Made by a program: the position numbers and the translations under genes
From: an uncultured Methanomicrobiaceae archaeon
GTDB lineage: Archaea; Halobacteriota; Methanomicrobia; Methanomicrobiales; Methanoculleaceae
Assembly (NCBI GenBank): GCA_963826525.1
Contig: CAWGXH010000004.1
Span: 448,001 to 512,000 of the forward strand
DNA length: 64,000 nt
Reading direction: 5' to 3'
The notes under the pieces: generated by a model
Told to the model about the DNA's origin: nothing
What the model saw: only the letters and a program-made list of their open reading frames with translations
The model's database searches: none
In this document: one piece after another, positions 48,293-59,658 of the stretch
Numbering within the stretch: the stretch's first letter is position 1
Layout of the letters: the number at the start of each line of letters is the position of its first letter

Positions 48293-50061
48293 CTAACATC
48301 GGCCGGCAGTGTACACGACTTTACTTGCGAGTTCGCTGGATATCTCCCTATCCGGAATAACCTTCTGGTAAAGAACACTCAAGTTGATCATTACCCTGCA
48401 TATATCGAAGAAGACAAGCGGATTACCCATAAGGGTCTGATACAATGCAATCGATCGTGATAACTCCCTTTTTGCCAGATCGGGTCTATTCGTACTGGTC
48501 TGCATAACTCCGATACTATTAAGCGCCCTGGCGAGGCCAGTTGTGGAAGAACTCACATCACAGGTGTTTTTCCGTAAATATCGATACAGTGGAATTGACC
48601 TCACGGAATTCAGTTTCTGCCTGATCCGGAAGTCCCATATCTGCATGGATAACCGCCAGACGATGCAGGGTTTCCGCCAGGTGAGGCAGGTATTCTCCGG
48701 GATTGTCCTGTCCCCCGTTTCCCCCTGCAGATAACCGTGGCTTCCCGACAGTCCTCAAGTGCATCCGGTCCGGCACCGGCCTGTATCGATAACGATATCG
48801 ATGTGGAAAGGGCTTCGAAAAGGAGCGGCTGATACCGATCGTGATCAGTCTGCCGCAATGTCGCATATATCGAAACAATTTCGTCGATACATCGGGCTAC
48901 TGCACAGGAGTCTCCTATTTCCTGGAGTAATTGAGCGTATCTCATCAGGCTCTTCGCCAGTACCTGGCAGATATCTCTGAGAATTAATCTTTGCGCAATC
49001 CCTTCGATGCTCGATAGATTCACCGAATGATTCCCTGCTTTTTCATAACTCTTTGTACCCTTGAGAGGTTTGTTTTTGCACAGTCACTGTGGCGAGATTG
49101 GCGAGGGCTGCTGCGATGTGCGGTGTGAATGACCCGGGATTTTTTCGTTCGGCATGCCGATAAAACACAAGTGCCTCAAGGAATTTCTCTTCTGCTTTTT
49201 GGATGTCCCCTCCATATACGGACCAGCGCCCGTACATTACTGCGAGGTTGTGCAACGCTAGAGCGGCATGCCGGGAGGTCTCTGGTTTGTATGAATCGAG
49301 GAGCTGCAGGTACAGGGGTTCAATCTCCTTGCCCATACCCCTTCCTCTGATACCAGACACAATACTCAAAGAGGTTCTCGGGAAATGCGTCACTTGCGAC
49401 AGAGGGTTTTAGAAACCTTCCCCGATCATAACATACCCCATTGATTCTATCGAGTTCGGAAAGCAACGCTTTCAGGAAAAAGCACGTGGCGTTATGCCGT
49501 AATCTTTTATCCAGTTCGCCCCAATCCCAACTACCGTCTGTTTTTTTTTGCGGTGAGGAGAGATGTCTGCTCTTCTTGTAGTTGCTAGGAGTCTTCACAT
49601 CATTTCGCCCTGCAAAAGGCCGCGTCTTCGATGTGCCGCTTTACCTCCTGCAGGAGTGGAGAGTCGAAGGAAATAGTTTCCTTGAGACTGATCAGCCTCC
49701 GGAGTTGTTTTTCAAATCTGGCGGCATCTCTTTTCACCTCTCCGAACGCATAGCCTGCATTTATCCGCCGGTAGATGGAAACCCCATCTTTTCGGGGATA
49801 CCGCTTCTGCAGTTTATCCAGCCGCGATCAAGCTGCAAAATCAGGAGATTTTTCAAGGTACGGCTTCACATCGATTTCCGGATCTTCATCGTCCACACAA
49901 TCGAGAATTACCGTTTGATACCTGGTCCATACGAGAACAACCGTGCTGTTCGGAGATGCCGGGGACGGGATACGGGCATTTCCCCGGTGAAGAAGTGGAT
50001 CGAACGATCCAAAGGAGCGCTCATTTTCGTCAACGTTTTCCACAGGATGTTCGCTGTACAT
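48293..50061 (-). pseudogene. Fragmented low-GC TPR-repeat protein gene
   Basis: Helical repeats ALHNLAVMY, AAALANLA, AETLHRLAVIH and ARALNSIGV over 4-5 ORF pieces, with in-frame stops as well as frameshifts. Confidence 0.6.
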
Positions 50062-50360
50062 TCAGAAACAAGATATTCGGGTTTTGATCGTTAGGGTACT
50101 AAAGCCATTCGATGTTGCGCAGGGCGAGAAAGTATTTCTCCGGATTCCGTTATCCCGGCAATCTCGTTTTCCGGTCATCCCAGAATCGAGAGGAACGGGT
50201 GAACATCCCCGTGAAGAGAAGGATTATTCGCTACCGGGGTTGTGACAATCAAGAGCGGGTGGAAAAGAAGAGATAGACATCGCCGGGGAGAACAGAGGAA
50301 AAAGGGTCACCGACGGTCCCGAAATAGCGACTGCTACGGCCATTGATCTCCGAAAACCGA

Positions 50361-50434
50361 TGGGCTCGCTGAGATTCGAACTCAGGATCTTCGCCGTGTG
50401 AAGGCGACGTCATGACCAGCTAGACCACGAGCCC
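50361..50434 (-). tRNA. tRNA-Val (CAC)
   Basis: GGGCTCGTGGTCTAGCTGG...TTCACAC...GTTCGAATC...CGAGCCCA. Confidence 0.96.
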
Positions 50435-50437
50435 TGA

Positions 50438-50508
50438 TGCATCGACCGGGAATTGAACCCGGGCTATTGGCTTGGAAGGCCAAAGTCATACCACTAGACC
50501 ATCGATGC
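50438..50508 (-). tRNA. tRNA-Gly (TCC)
   Basis: GCATCGATGGTCTAGTGG...CTTCCAA...GGTTCAATTCC...TCGATGCA; 3 nt upstream of tRNA-Val. Confidence 0.96.
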
Positions 50509-50584
50509 GCTGCACGAAGTGCCTACGTAGTTTGTCGGTGCCGGATAATAAAGGTTGAGATTATCGGAAGGATTCCGGGGAGGA

Positions 50585-51468
50585 TTAGTATCCCCGGACC
50601 TCCGACTCGAGCGCCTCGAGGGCGGCAACGCGCTTCTCGAGCGACGGGTGGGTGGAGAAGAGCTCCATCAAGGTGTTCCCCGAGAGAGCGGGGATGATGA
50701 AGAACGCGTTCGCACCCTCCACCTCCTGCTTCTTCTCGGCGGGAACGTAGTCCATCCTGCCGCTGATCTTCTGCAGCGCCGAGATCAGTGCCCGGGGGTT
50801 CCCGGTGATGTAGGCGCTGCCCCGGTCGGCCGCGAACTCCCGGTAGCGGGAGAGCGCCCGGATCAGGAGCGTGCTCATGATCCAGACCAGGATCGAGGCG
50901 ATGAAGACGACGATCATCGCCCCGCCGTTGCTGTCGCGCCGGCCGAAGAGCCCCATGAAGAGCCAGTTCCGCATCACCAGGAAGGCGAGCATCGAGATGA
51001 AACTCGCGAGCGTCAGGGTCAGCATATCCCGGTTCTTGACGTGGGAGAGTTCGTGGGCGAGCACGGCCTCGAGCTCCTCCTTCGAGAGCATGCGCATGAT
51101 CGAGTCCGTCACCGCCACCACGGCGTTGTTGTAGTTCCGCCCGGTCGCGAACGCGTTCGGGACGGGGGATGCCATGATCCCGATCTTCGGCATGGGCAGG
51201 TCCGCTTCGGTCGCGAGACGCCGCACCGACCGGTACAGCTCGGGATACTCGTCCTCATCGACGATACGGGTGCCCGGTACTCCAGAGCACCAGTTTGTCG
51301 GAGAAGAAGTACTGGACAAATGCCATCCCGACCGCGATGATCAGGAGGAACTCGAAGCCTGAATCCAAGGGCGGATAAGACGCCGAGGAAGATCAGATAG
51401 ACGATGAGCAGCAGGAACGACGTCAGCGCCATTCGTGCGGTCAGCCCAAAGTCACGGGTCCATTTCAT
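50585..51468 (-). CDS. htpX: Zinc metalloprotease HtpX (frameshifted)
   Basis: PNAFATGR, HELSH, SRYREFAAD and FSTHP. Confidence 0.93.
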
Positions 51469-51618
51469 ATCGAGCTACTGTTGGACGGGGGGGATATTAA
51501 TACATCCGTCCGTGGATCCGGAAACGGACGGAGATGCTCTTCCCGAGAGCGCCGGGGGCGTATCCGCGCCACTGGCATTATTAAGAGACAGCGTCAACAG
51601 GTAAGCGAGGGAATCTGG

Positions 51619-52383
51619 ATGGACCTTGATGAAGTGACAATCAGCAGAGCCATCGTCGAGGAGCAGAGCAGGGTGCTCCTCGAATATATGGAGATGGACG
51701 TTGCCGTCGTCGGCGGCGGCCCTTCCGGCCTTGCCTGTGCCGCACTGCTCGGTGAGCGGGGCGTGAAATGCGCCCTCATCGAGAAGAAACTCAGTGTCGG
51801 CGGCGGAATGTGGGGCGGGGGCATGATGTTCCCCCGCATCGTCGTCCAGGAAGAGGCACGACGGCTGCTCGACCGGTTCGATATCGCCTACCGCACCGCC
51901 TCGGAAGGCTACTACGTCGCGAGCTCCGTCGAAGCGGTCTCGAAACTGACCGCCGCGGCCTGCAACGCCGGCGTCGAGTTCTTCAACCTCACCACCGTCG
52001 AAGACGTCATGATCAAGGGCGACGGCCGCGTGAGCGGCCTCGTGATCAACTGGACGCCCGTCGAGATGGCGGGACTGCACGTCGATCCCCTCACGCTCGC
52101 GGCCGCGTATACGATCGACGCCACCGGCCACGACGCGATGGTCGCCCGCATGGTCGCAGCGAAGGGTGCCGACCTTGCAGTGAAGGGCGAAGGGTTCATG
52201 TGGGCCGAGCGGGCCGAGACGAACATCATCCGGCATACACGCGAGATCTACCCGGGCCTGATCGTCACCGGCATGGCGGCGAACGCCGTTGCGGGCGAGA
52301 GCCGGATGGGCCCGATCTTCGGAGGCATGCTCCTCTCGGGAGAGTTCGCCGCCGGGCTGGCCGCCGAAAAACTCAGGAGATAA
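51619..52383 (+). CDS. thi4: Sulfide-dependent thiazole synthase Thi4
   Basis: GGGPSGL, GGGMWGGG, LHVDP (His type) and RMGPIFGGMLLSG. Confidence 0.93.
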   Translation: MDLDEVTISRAIVEEQSRVLLEYMEMDVAVVGGGPSGLACAALLGERGVKCALIEKKLSVGGGMWGGGMMFPRIVVQEEARRLLDRFDIAYRTASEGYYVASSVEAVSKLTAAACNAGVEFFNLTTVEDVMIKGDGRVSGLVINWTPVEMAGLHVDPLTLAAAYTIDATGHDAMVARMVAAKGADLAVKGEGFMWAERAETNIIRHTREIYPGLIVTGMAANAVAGESRMGPIFGGMLLSGEFAAGLAAEKLRR

Positions 52384-52412
52384 CAGTGTACCCGACCGTT
52401 CGGGATGATACT

Positions 52413-53069
52413 ATGACCACCGAGACTGATGACACGGCAACGCTTGCCGACCTGGCATACGGGATCTTCGAGATCGTCCTCAACCGCGAGCTCCTCTCGC
52501 GGGAGGACCGCTCTTCGAGCTCGTCGAAAGCGGGCAGGACTTCCGGGGCGACCTTCAGGAGATCTTCGCCAGGTTCGCCGAAGACTACCCGGAGCTCGCC
52601 GAAGCCCTGGAGAACCGGTTCGGCTCGACGGATGCGATATACGAACTCCTCCTCACCGGGGAGGGCGTCTCCCCCTCGAAGACCACCCGGATGTACTGGA
52701 TCGTCCAGGACGCCCCGGAGACCGGGTGCGGGCAGGCCGACGACGAGCCTCGGCGGCAAATGGCTCATCTTCGTCGACCCGGCCGATGCGGACGAAGCGT
52801 GGCGGCGGGTCAGGAACGAGACCGCTGCCGGTCGGCTCGGCACCTCGGCACGGGTTAGCACCGCAAAAAAGAACCCCGACGCCCGCGACGACCGGACGGT
52901 CATCTACGTACACACCCCCGACTGGCGCGACGAGGCGGACGTCATGCGGGTGCGCGAGCGGCTGCGTGAGCTCGGGTTCACCGAGCGGCTCGGCTACAAA
53001 CGCAATATCGAGACCTACCAGGGCGAGTACAGCGAGATGGGAAAGAAGGTCACGTTCTACAGTGCGTGA
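52413..53069 (+). CDS. DUF1917-like protein (frameshifted)
   Basis: GKWLIF, G.SARVST, VIYV.T.DW.D..DVMRVRE.LR.LG and YKR. Confidence 0.8.
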   Translation: MTTETDDTATLADLAYGIFEIVLNRELLSREDRSSSSSKAGRTSGATFRRSSPGSPKTTRSSPKPWRTGSARRMRYTNSSSPGRASPPRRPPGCTGSSRTPRRPGAGRPTTSLGGKWLIFVDPADADEAWRRVRNETAAGRLGTSARVSTAKKNPDARDDRTVIYVHTPDWRDEADVMRVRERLRELGFTERLGYKRNIETYQGEYSEMGKKVTFYSA

Positions 53070-53403
53070 CGCTCCCACAAAGGCTCGAAAAAGAGAGTGG
53101 CTGATCCACGGAGAAGAATCCGGGGAGGCCTGTCCTTATTTTCCGTATCGTTCCGGCTCTCCGGAGTCTACCGGGCGTTAGGGATTATGCCTTCCGCTCT
53201 TTGGACTTTGCCCGGAGGTTCTCGTATCCGCACTTGCGGCAACGGGTTGCGCGGATCGCGTTCCGTGCATTGCATTTCATGCAGATCTTTACGTTGAGTA
53301 ATCGTGCTTCTGCTTCAGCGAATCGTGCCATGAATCAAACACCACTTGTCAGTTTACTACTATTCGTTCTCTGAACTTTTAACAGTTCTGTCCGTCGACC
53401 CCG

Positions 53404-53952
53404 CTAGGCGGAGAGCGTGCCGACCATCCATTCACGGAAAAGGGCAAGCGCTCGTGCCCGGTGCGATATCCTGCTCTTCTCGGCGAGCGGGATCTCCGCG
53501 AGCGTCCGGCCCTGGTACTCGAAGATCGGGTCGTAGCCGAACCCCGCATCCCCGCGCGGCTGAACAATGCTGCCCCGGAGCACCCCGCGGAAGATCCGGA
53601 TACCCCGCTCGTCCGCGTACGCGATCGCCGTCTCGAAGTGAGCGTTCCGGTCCTGCACACCCTCCATCAGCTTCAGAATCCCATCGTTCCCGAGGGTACC
53701 GGCGACGTAGGCGGCATACGGCCCGGGAAACCCCCGGAGAGCATCGACGGAGAATGCCGTGTCGTCGACGATCAACGGGCGGCGCAGAGTCTCGAAGGCA
53801 TAGCGTGCCTTCTCGCGGGCGATCTCGCCGACATCGTCGGCGCGATACTCCGGGCAGTCGAGGGGGACATGCTCCACCTCGAGCATTCCTGCAAAGTAGG
53901 CGGCGACCTCGCGGGCTTTATTCTGGTTGCCGGTCACCACCGCGAGCTTCAC
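53404..53952 (-). CDS. rdgB: RdgB/HAM1 non-canonical purine NTP pyrophosphatase
   Basis: TGN.NK..E, DD, GFPGPY, GFGYDPIF and SHR.RA. Confidence 0.93.
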   Translation of the reverse strand: MKLAVVTGNQNKAREVAAYFAGMLEVEHVPLDCPEYRADDVGEIAREKARYAFETLRRPLIVDDTAFSVDALRGFPGPYAAYVAGTLGNDGILKLMEGVQDRNAHFETAIAYADERGIRIFRGVLRGSIVQPRGDAGFGYDPIFEYQGRTLAEIPLAEKSRISHRARALALFREWMVGTLSA

Positions 53953-55532
53953 AGGTACCGCCCCCGCAGTTCCACCTCGCGCTCGCGGGCGAGCACCTCG
54001 TCGGCACCCGCAAAGGCGCTGGCGTATCCCTCGATGAAGGCCGCTTTCAGTCTCTCGTGGGCATCGGTTGTGCTCTCGAGCGTCTGGAAGAGGACGTGCA
54101 GGTCAACCCCGCGGCTCTCGAGCTCGGACGAGACGTGGGCAAGTCCGAAGTCGATCAGCACGCACTGCCCCTGGTCGAGGATCATATTGCTCGTCGTGAG
54201 GTCGCCGTGGATGATCCCGGCGCCGTGGAGCCTCCCGACAGCGACGCCTGCAAGCCGAAGACTTGCCGGACTCATCGCGTACTTCAGCACGTCGCCCTCG
54301 ATCCGCTCCATCACGATGGTATCGGCGGTGATCTCCCTGATAATCGGGGTTCGCACTCCCGCACGCCGCGCCATCGAGATCAGCCGCGCCTCTGCCCGCG
54401 TCCGCTCGGCGATCAGCCGCCGGTCGAGAAGCTCGTTCCGGTAGCGTTTGCTCACCCTGCGCTTGGCGACGTCGCCGCCCAGAACCCCGACGACCGCTTC
54501 CGCCCCCCGGAGTTCTCCGTCCTCGAGCGAAACACCCCGGACGGCTTCACCCGGATCGGGCCGCCAGACGACCTCCACCTCGTCCGCCCGGTATCCCGGC
54601 CGTACCTGCGACGCTTCGATCGGGAGCGAGACGCCGTGCTCGAGCATGATCTTGCCGGTATAGGCGATCATCGCCCCGTTATCGCCGAGGTACGTCCGTT
54701 CGGGCACCGCAAAGCGAGCCCCGCGGTCCTCGCACATCTCCCGCAGCATCTCCTGGAGACGGCTGTTCGCCCCGACCCCGCCGACGAGGAGCACCTCCTC
54801 CTTCCCGGCGTGGGCGAGGGCCCGCTCCGTCACCTCGACGCACATCGCAAACGCCGTCTCCTGCAGCCCGTGGCAGGCATCCTCGAGGGACGCTCCGCTC
54901 TCCTGCGCTGCGCTGATGAGGCCGGAGAACGCAAGGTCCATCCCCTTCACCGTATACGGGAGCTCGATATATTCCCCATCCCGGGCGAGCCGTTCGACCA
55001 CCGGCCCCCCGGGGTGCGGAAGGCCGTGGCTCCGGGCAAACTTATCGAGCGCGTTCCCGATCCCGATATCGAGCGTCTCCCCGAAGATCCGGTACCTGCC
55101 GTTCAGGTAACCGAGCACCTGGGTGTTCGCCCCGCTCGCGTAGAGCACGATCGGATCGTCGAACCCGGTGGCCCACCGCCCGATCTCGACGTGCGCCACG
55201 CAGTGGTTCACCCCGACGAGCGGGAGATCGAGCGCGAGGGCGAGTGCCCGGGCGGCCGTCGCCACGGTCCGGAGGCACGGCCCGAGCCCCGGCCCCTGGG
55301 AGAACGCGATTCCCGTCAGGTTCCCGGCGGCAGGCAGGACGCGGGCGATAACCTCCCGCATCACGGAGGCATGGTGCTGCGCCGCTTCACGCGGGTGAAT
55401 CCCGCCGGTGGGAGGAGAATACGGCGAAGAATGGAGTGCGACGAGCTTGTCGCCAAAAACAGCGGCGCTGAGGTTCCATGCTGTGCCCTCCAGTCCCAGC
55501 ACCTCTCCAACTGGCGGCGTAACTTCAGGCAT
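53949..55532 (-). CDS. kae1: Bifunctional Kae1-Bud32 (KEOPS, t6A synthesis)
   Basis: GIHPREAA.HH, HCVAH and DNGAMIA, plus kinase motifs HGDLTTSN and DFGL. Confidence 0.95.
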   Translation of the reverse strand: MPEVTPPVGEVLGLEGTAWNLSAAVFGDKLVALHSSPYSPPTGGIHPREAAQHHASVMREVIARVLPAAGNLTGIAFSQGPGLGPCLRTVATAARALALALDLPLVGVNHCVAHVEIGRWATGFDDPIVLYASGANTQVLGYLNGRYRIFGETLDIGIGNALDKFARSHGLPHPGGPVVERLARDGEYIELPYTVKGMDLAFSGLISAAQESGASLEDACHGLQETAFAMCVEVTERALAHAGKEEVLLVGGVGANSRLQEMLREMCEDRGARFAVPERTYLGDNGAMIAYTGKIMLEHGVSLPIEASQVRPGYRADEVEVVWRPDPGEAVRGVSLEDGELRGAEAVVGVLGGDVAKRRVSKRYRNELLDRRLIAERTRAEARLISMARRAGVRTPIIREITADTIVMERIEGDVLKYAMSPASLRLAGVAVGRLHGAGIIHGDLTTSNMILDQGQCVLIDFGLAHVSSELESRGVDLHVLFQTLESTTDAHERLKAAFIEGYASAFAGADEVLAREREVELRGRYL

Positions 55533-55644
55533 GAACCGACCGATTGTCCTATCCGGGTTGATTATACGAAAGACTGATAATTCAGTCGCCAGACCCGGTG
55601 AAAAGTTTCACACGTTGTTCCTGGAGACCGAGTGTCTCTGCTGT

Positions 55645-55797
55645 CTACTTTTTAAATTCGGTGTAGCCGCACTTGCCGCATGCACTGCGGTCCGGGTGCG
55701 CGGCCATCAGAATACCAGGGCCGCACCGGGGGCAGTGCCGCTTCTGCAGGACTGCACGGTCACCCTCGACCGTGTAACACTCTGAACGCTTCGCCAT
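55645..55797 (-). CDS. rps27ae: 30S ribosomal protein S27ae
   Basis: Manual translation MAKRSECY...CPRCGPGILMAAHPDRSACGKCGYTEFKK. Confidence 0.93.
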   Translation of the reverse strand: MAKRSECYTVEGDRAVLQKRHCPRCGPGILMAAHPDRSACGKCGYTEFKK

Positions 55798-55799
55798 AT

Positions 55800-56093
55800 T
55801 CAGGCCTCGCTCTCGCCGGCGGCGGATCCCCGCTTGAGCAGGTAATCGCGTTCGGTCTGCAGCTTGCTCTCTTCATTGTCGTAGATCCGGGCGACGCCGG
55901 TCGCTTCCATCTTCCCGAAACGGGTCTTCAGCGAATCGATCACAACCAGATTCTCCTTCTGGTTCTGGAGCGCGGCAATCTTCTCGAGGATGATCTTCCG
56001 GGACGGGGTTGCGCCTTCGTAGGTAAGGGTAAACGACAGCTCCCGCCGGTTTAACAGTTCGTTCCTCATATCACGTGTGAATTCAAAGTTCAT
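55800..56093 (-). CDS. rps24e: 30S ribosomal protein S24e
   Basis: NELLNRRE, GATPSR and T.FG.....G.A.IY. Confidence 0.94.
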   Translation of the reverse strand: MNFEFTRDMRNELLNRRELSFTLTYEGATPSRKIILEKIAALQNQKENLVVIDSLKTRFGKMEATGVARIYDNEESKLQTERDYLLKRGSAAGESEA

Positions 56094-56147
56094 CGGTATC
56101 CCTCAAATATTGTAGGCATATTTATTTAAAACATAGGGCTCGCCGGT

Positions 56148-56633
56148 TCACGCGGTGACGAAGAGACGGAGCAGGGATGCTGCTGCTTCTTTCGCCTTCG
56201 CGTCGACGATGCGCATGACGACGCCCTCTCCGGGCTGCCCGTAGAGAACGGCCGACCCCAGCGGAGCGGCGATGACCATCGGGATCACCCCGAGATCCTC
56301 CTCGCCGTCGACGACGATGAGCCGGGGAGGATCGGCCACTGCCTCCTCGATCGCCGTTATGAGATCGTCGGTGATCGTCCCGGCCGGGTTCACTGCGCTC
56401 ACCTTCCGGCTCTGGAGAAGGGGTGACTGGGTAACGGGCGTACGCATCGTATACCCGTCGATAACGGCGACGTCGGGGGTGACGCCCAGTTTCGCGAGGT
56501 TCTGCGTGACGACGTCCCCGACGACGTAGATCTTCCGGCCTTCGAGAGCGGGGAGCAGATCTCCGATGTCGGGATAGAGGACACCGAAGGGCTTTTTGAA
56601 ACAGTCCCTGTGCTCGTCCGGAAGCCTGTACAT
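56148..56633 (-). CDS. GTP-dependent dephospho-CoA kinase (DUF359)
   Basis: VGDVVT, NPAG.IT, DGEEDL and YGQP.EG; conserved position in the operon. Confidence 0.9.
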   Translation of the reverse strand: MYRLPDEHRDCFKKPFGVLYPDIGDLLPALEGRKIYVVGDVVTQNLAKLGVTPDVAVIDGYTMRTPVTQSPLLQSRKVSAVNPAGTITDDLITAIEEAVADPPRLIVVDGEEDLGVIPMVIAAPLGSAVLYGQPGEGVVMRIVDAKAKEAAASLLRLFVTA

Positions 56634-56839
56634 CAGCGGACCTTCAGAGCGTACCGTCCGGCCATGGTGATCTTCATCTTCTTTGCGATCTCCGAGTGCT
56701 CGGGATCGATGATCACCAGGTAACCGGCCCAGTCTTCGCTTAAGTTGGACGTCCCGCAGATCACACAGGCCTCTCCGTCGACGACCCGGTGACAGTCCCT
56801 GCAGACCTGCACCTGTTTCTTACTCTTACGCACCACCAT
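56633..56839 (-). CDS. spt4: Spt4 / RpoE''
   Basis: CRDCH...CVICG...SEDW.G...IIDPE.SEIA.K..I...GRYALKVR. Confidence 0.93.
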   Translation of the reverse strand: MVVRKSKKQVQVCRDCHRVVDGEACVICGTSNLSEDWAGYLVIIDPEHSEIAKKMKITMAGRYALKVR

Positions 56840-57408
56840 GGGCACCACTCCGCTCTTTCTCCCGCTCGAGTTCCTCTTCCAGCCAGCGCTCGGTTCCAAG
56901 TCCCGACTGCCGCATCGTGAGGCCGATCTTGCTCTCCCGGGGCTCCCGCTCGTTCAGCGAGAGTGCCACGATACGTGCCCGGATGCCGTCGCCTACCGCA
57001 ATGTAGCGTTTCGACTCCTGACAGATCAGGCGGGCATTCTTCTCGTCGTAGCTGATATAGTCGTCGGACATCTGGCTCACGTGCAGCATCGCATCGATGG
57101 GCCCAAGGCTGATGAACGCACCGAAACTGGTCGTCTCGACGACCTGACCCTCGATGACCTCCTGCAGGGCGAGGCGGAGCACCAGCGCTTCGAAGCGAAC
57201 GTCGTAGTATACCGCCCCGTCTCCGGGAATCAGTTCTCCCTGACCGACGTTCAGTATCTTCGTGACGGCAATATAGATGCCGATCTCTTTCGTAATGCTT
57301 CCTTCAAGCCTGCTCCTGCAGCACGTTCAGGATAACTTTCTCAAGATCCTCACCGAGGCGGTTTGGGGGAACCCGAACCTTATCCTCCAGCGTCATTTTG
57401 AAATACAT
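56826..57408 (-). CDS. rpoE1: RNA polymerase subunit E' (frameshifted)
   Basis: MYFKMTLEDKVRVPP, FGAFISLGPIDAMLHVSQ and KIGLTMRQ.GLG. Confidence 0.92.
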
Positions 57409-57414
57409 TGCTAT

Positions 57415-57794
57415 CTATCCCCGGATCAATTCCAGCGTCTTCTGTTTTCTCATCGTAACGACGGCGATACCCCGGCCAAGCAGGGTTTTCCTGAGGTTTC
57501 TATCGTTGGTGACGACGATACAACCTTCGCGCTCGGCATACTCGACCACCCGTTCGTCGACATACCGGCGGTCACTCCCACTCGGGACGATCGTCGAACG
57601 CTGTGCCATGGCAAGGCCGATACGCGCGGCGGCCGCGTCTTTCCCACGCCCCCGGGCGAGGCCCGAGACTCCGCGACCACATCTTCGAGCGTAACCGCCT
57701 CATAGTCTCCGACAAGGAGGCGGAGTTCATCATAGATATCGATGCCAAACTGTCCCGGCATCATCAGGGCGTTGGCATCCAGGAGTACTTTCAC
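57415..57794 (-). CDS. PIN-domain protein (Fcf1/Utp24-like, frameshifted)
   Basis: VLLDANALM.P.QF.IDI, VD and VVTND..L. Confidence 0.85.
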
Positions 57795-59024
57795 TCGGTC
57801 AGGACTCCCATGCCGATCAACCGCCATCGCCCCCCCACCTGCCGGCTGATGGCAATGCGTGCACCGATCTCAGCGCAGACCGGCCGTTTAAGCTGAACTT
57901 CTATCGTGTTCTTCTTCGTGTTCACCACGACGCCGACGGTCACCGCGGTACCGACGGAGAGCATGAGCGGTTCTTTGTGCTTCAGCGGCTCGATGAGCTG
58001 CTCGCTGTCCGAACCGACGACGCGGTCCATCAGCGTCACCTCGAACTTCATCTTCTCCCAGACGGGGGAGCTTATCGACGTGCCCGGCTACCTGTCCCGC
58101 AAGCGCATCGCTCTTCGTGAGAGCCGGGTCAAGTTTCGTCGCGAGTCCGAGCAGCCCGCCGGGCGTCGCTTCGGTTACTTTGATCGAACCGGCGTTGATG
58201 GAAGTGATCTTCGTCATTATCGGTTCCCACTTCGTCCGGTTCTCGACCTGAAGCTGCCGGCCGGGTCGGATCTCGATATCGTCACCCTCTTTGAGGATAC
58301 CCCGGGTCAGGGATCCCCCGACGACACCGCCCTTCACATCCCGCCAGCTGCAGCCGGGTTTATTGATGTCGAACGACCGTGCGATGAGCATGATAGGTTC
58401 ATCATCCGGGTTCCGCTCAGGCTCGGGGATCGTCTCATCGAGAGCCTGAATCAGTGCGCCGATATTGATGCCCTTCTGTGCCGAGATCGGGATGATTGGG
58501 GCATTCTCCGCAACGGTTCCCTTAATGAATTTCTTTATCTGCTGATAGTGCGCCACCGCTTCGGTCTGGGTGACGACATCGATCTTATTCTGGACAATAA
58601 CAATATTCTTTATTCCTACCAGTTCAAGCGCCATCAGGTGCTCTTTCGTCTGGGGCTGGGGACAGGCCTCGTTGGCGGCGATAACGAGCATCGCTCCGTC
58701 CATGAGCGCCGAGCCGGAGAGCATCGTCGCCATCAGCGTCTCGTGGCCGGGAGCATCCACGAAGGAGACCGTCCGGAACGCCTCCACCTTTGAACCGCAC
58801 TTCGGGCACTCCGGGGTGCTCGTAAATGCTTCAGCGCCCTCGCAGCCTTCACACCGGTAAAACGTGGCGTCGGCATATCCGAGTCGGATGGAGATTCCTC
58901 GCTTGATCTCTTCACTATGCCTGTCCGTCCAGACTCCTGTCAGCGAACTGACAAGCGTGGTCTTGCCGTGATCGACATGACCTACAAGCCCAATATTGAC
59001 ACCCGGAATGTGTACATCACGCAA
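57791..59024 (-). CDS. eif2g: Translation initiation factor 2 gamma subunit (frameshift ~58065)
   Basis: [29 protein letters not shown] and RWRLIG.G. Confidence 0.96.
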
Positions 59025-59234
59025 AAGTACTCGAACCTCCTTACTCTATATATGGTGACACTACTTATACATAATCAGTGATGGTTATCGAATCGCTCTC
59101 TTTTGTGAATTGCACAGTTTCCTGATCAATCCCATACAATGAGGAGAGAGGGAACATACTTCGTGTGAAAAACATTCCCGGGATGAGGGAAAGTTTAAAC
59201 ATTGCATATGAGTAATAAAACAGTGAGCACGAGT

Positions 59235-59658
59235 ATGACAGGTGATGCAGAACTATCACGAATCGGGATCTCGCTTCCAAAGAACCTGCTCGACAAGTTC
59301 GATGAGATTTTGACTCTTCGTGGATATTCGTCCCGTTCTGAGGGGATACGGGATTCAATCCGGAACTATATCACGCACTATCAGTGGATCTCCGATGTCA
59401 AGGGCGAACGCCAGGGGGTCATCACCATGGTCTACGACCACGACCAGCGGGGACTCCTGCAGACGCTCACCGAGATCCAGCATGACTACGCCGGGATCAT
59501 CCAGGCATCGCTCCACTCGCACGTGACGCATAACAAATGCCTGGAAGTCATCCTGATCCGGGGCGACGGAGACTGAACTGAAGAATATTGCCGAGAAACT
59601 GATGTCGCAGAAAGGAGTGGAGTCGGTCAAGCTGACGACGATTCCGATCGGCGATTAG
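59235..59658 (+). CDS. nikR: Nickel-responsive regulator NikR (3' frameshift)
   Basis: RIGISLP..LL..FD, GYSSRSE.IRD, YDH and H.H...CLE. Confidence 0.92.

Noticed and set aside
51470-51618. Possible TPP riboswitch upstream of thi4
   Set aside because: No CTGAGA / CCTGA...GCG.AGGGA core is present; the region is just a divergent promoter with TATA-like boxes.
53346-55577. Long antisense ORFs (e.g. 743 aa at 53346, 531 aa at 22247, 496 aa at 61228)
   Set aside because: These are shadow ORFs opposite well-supported genes, expected from high GC3 codon bias, and have no recognisable motifs.
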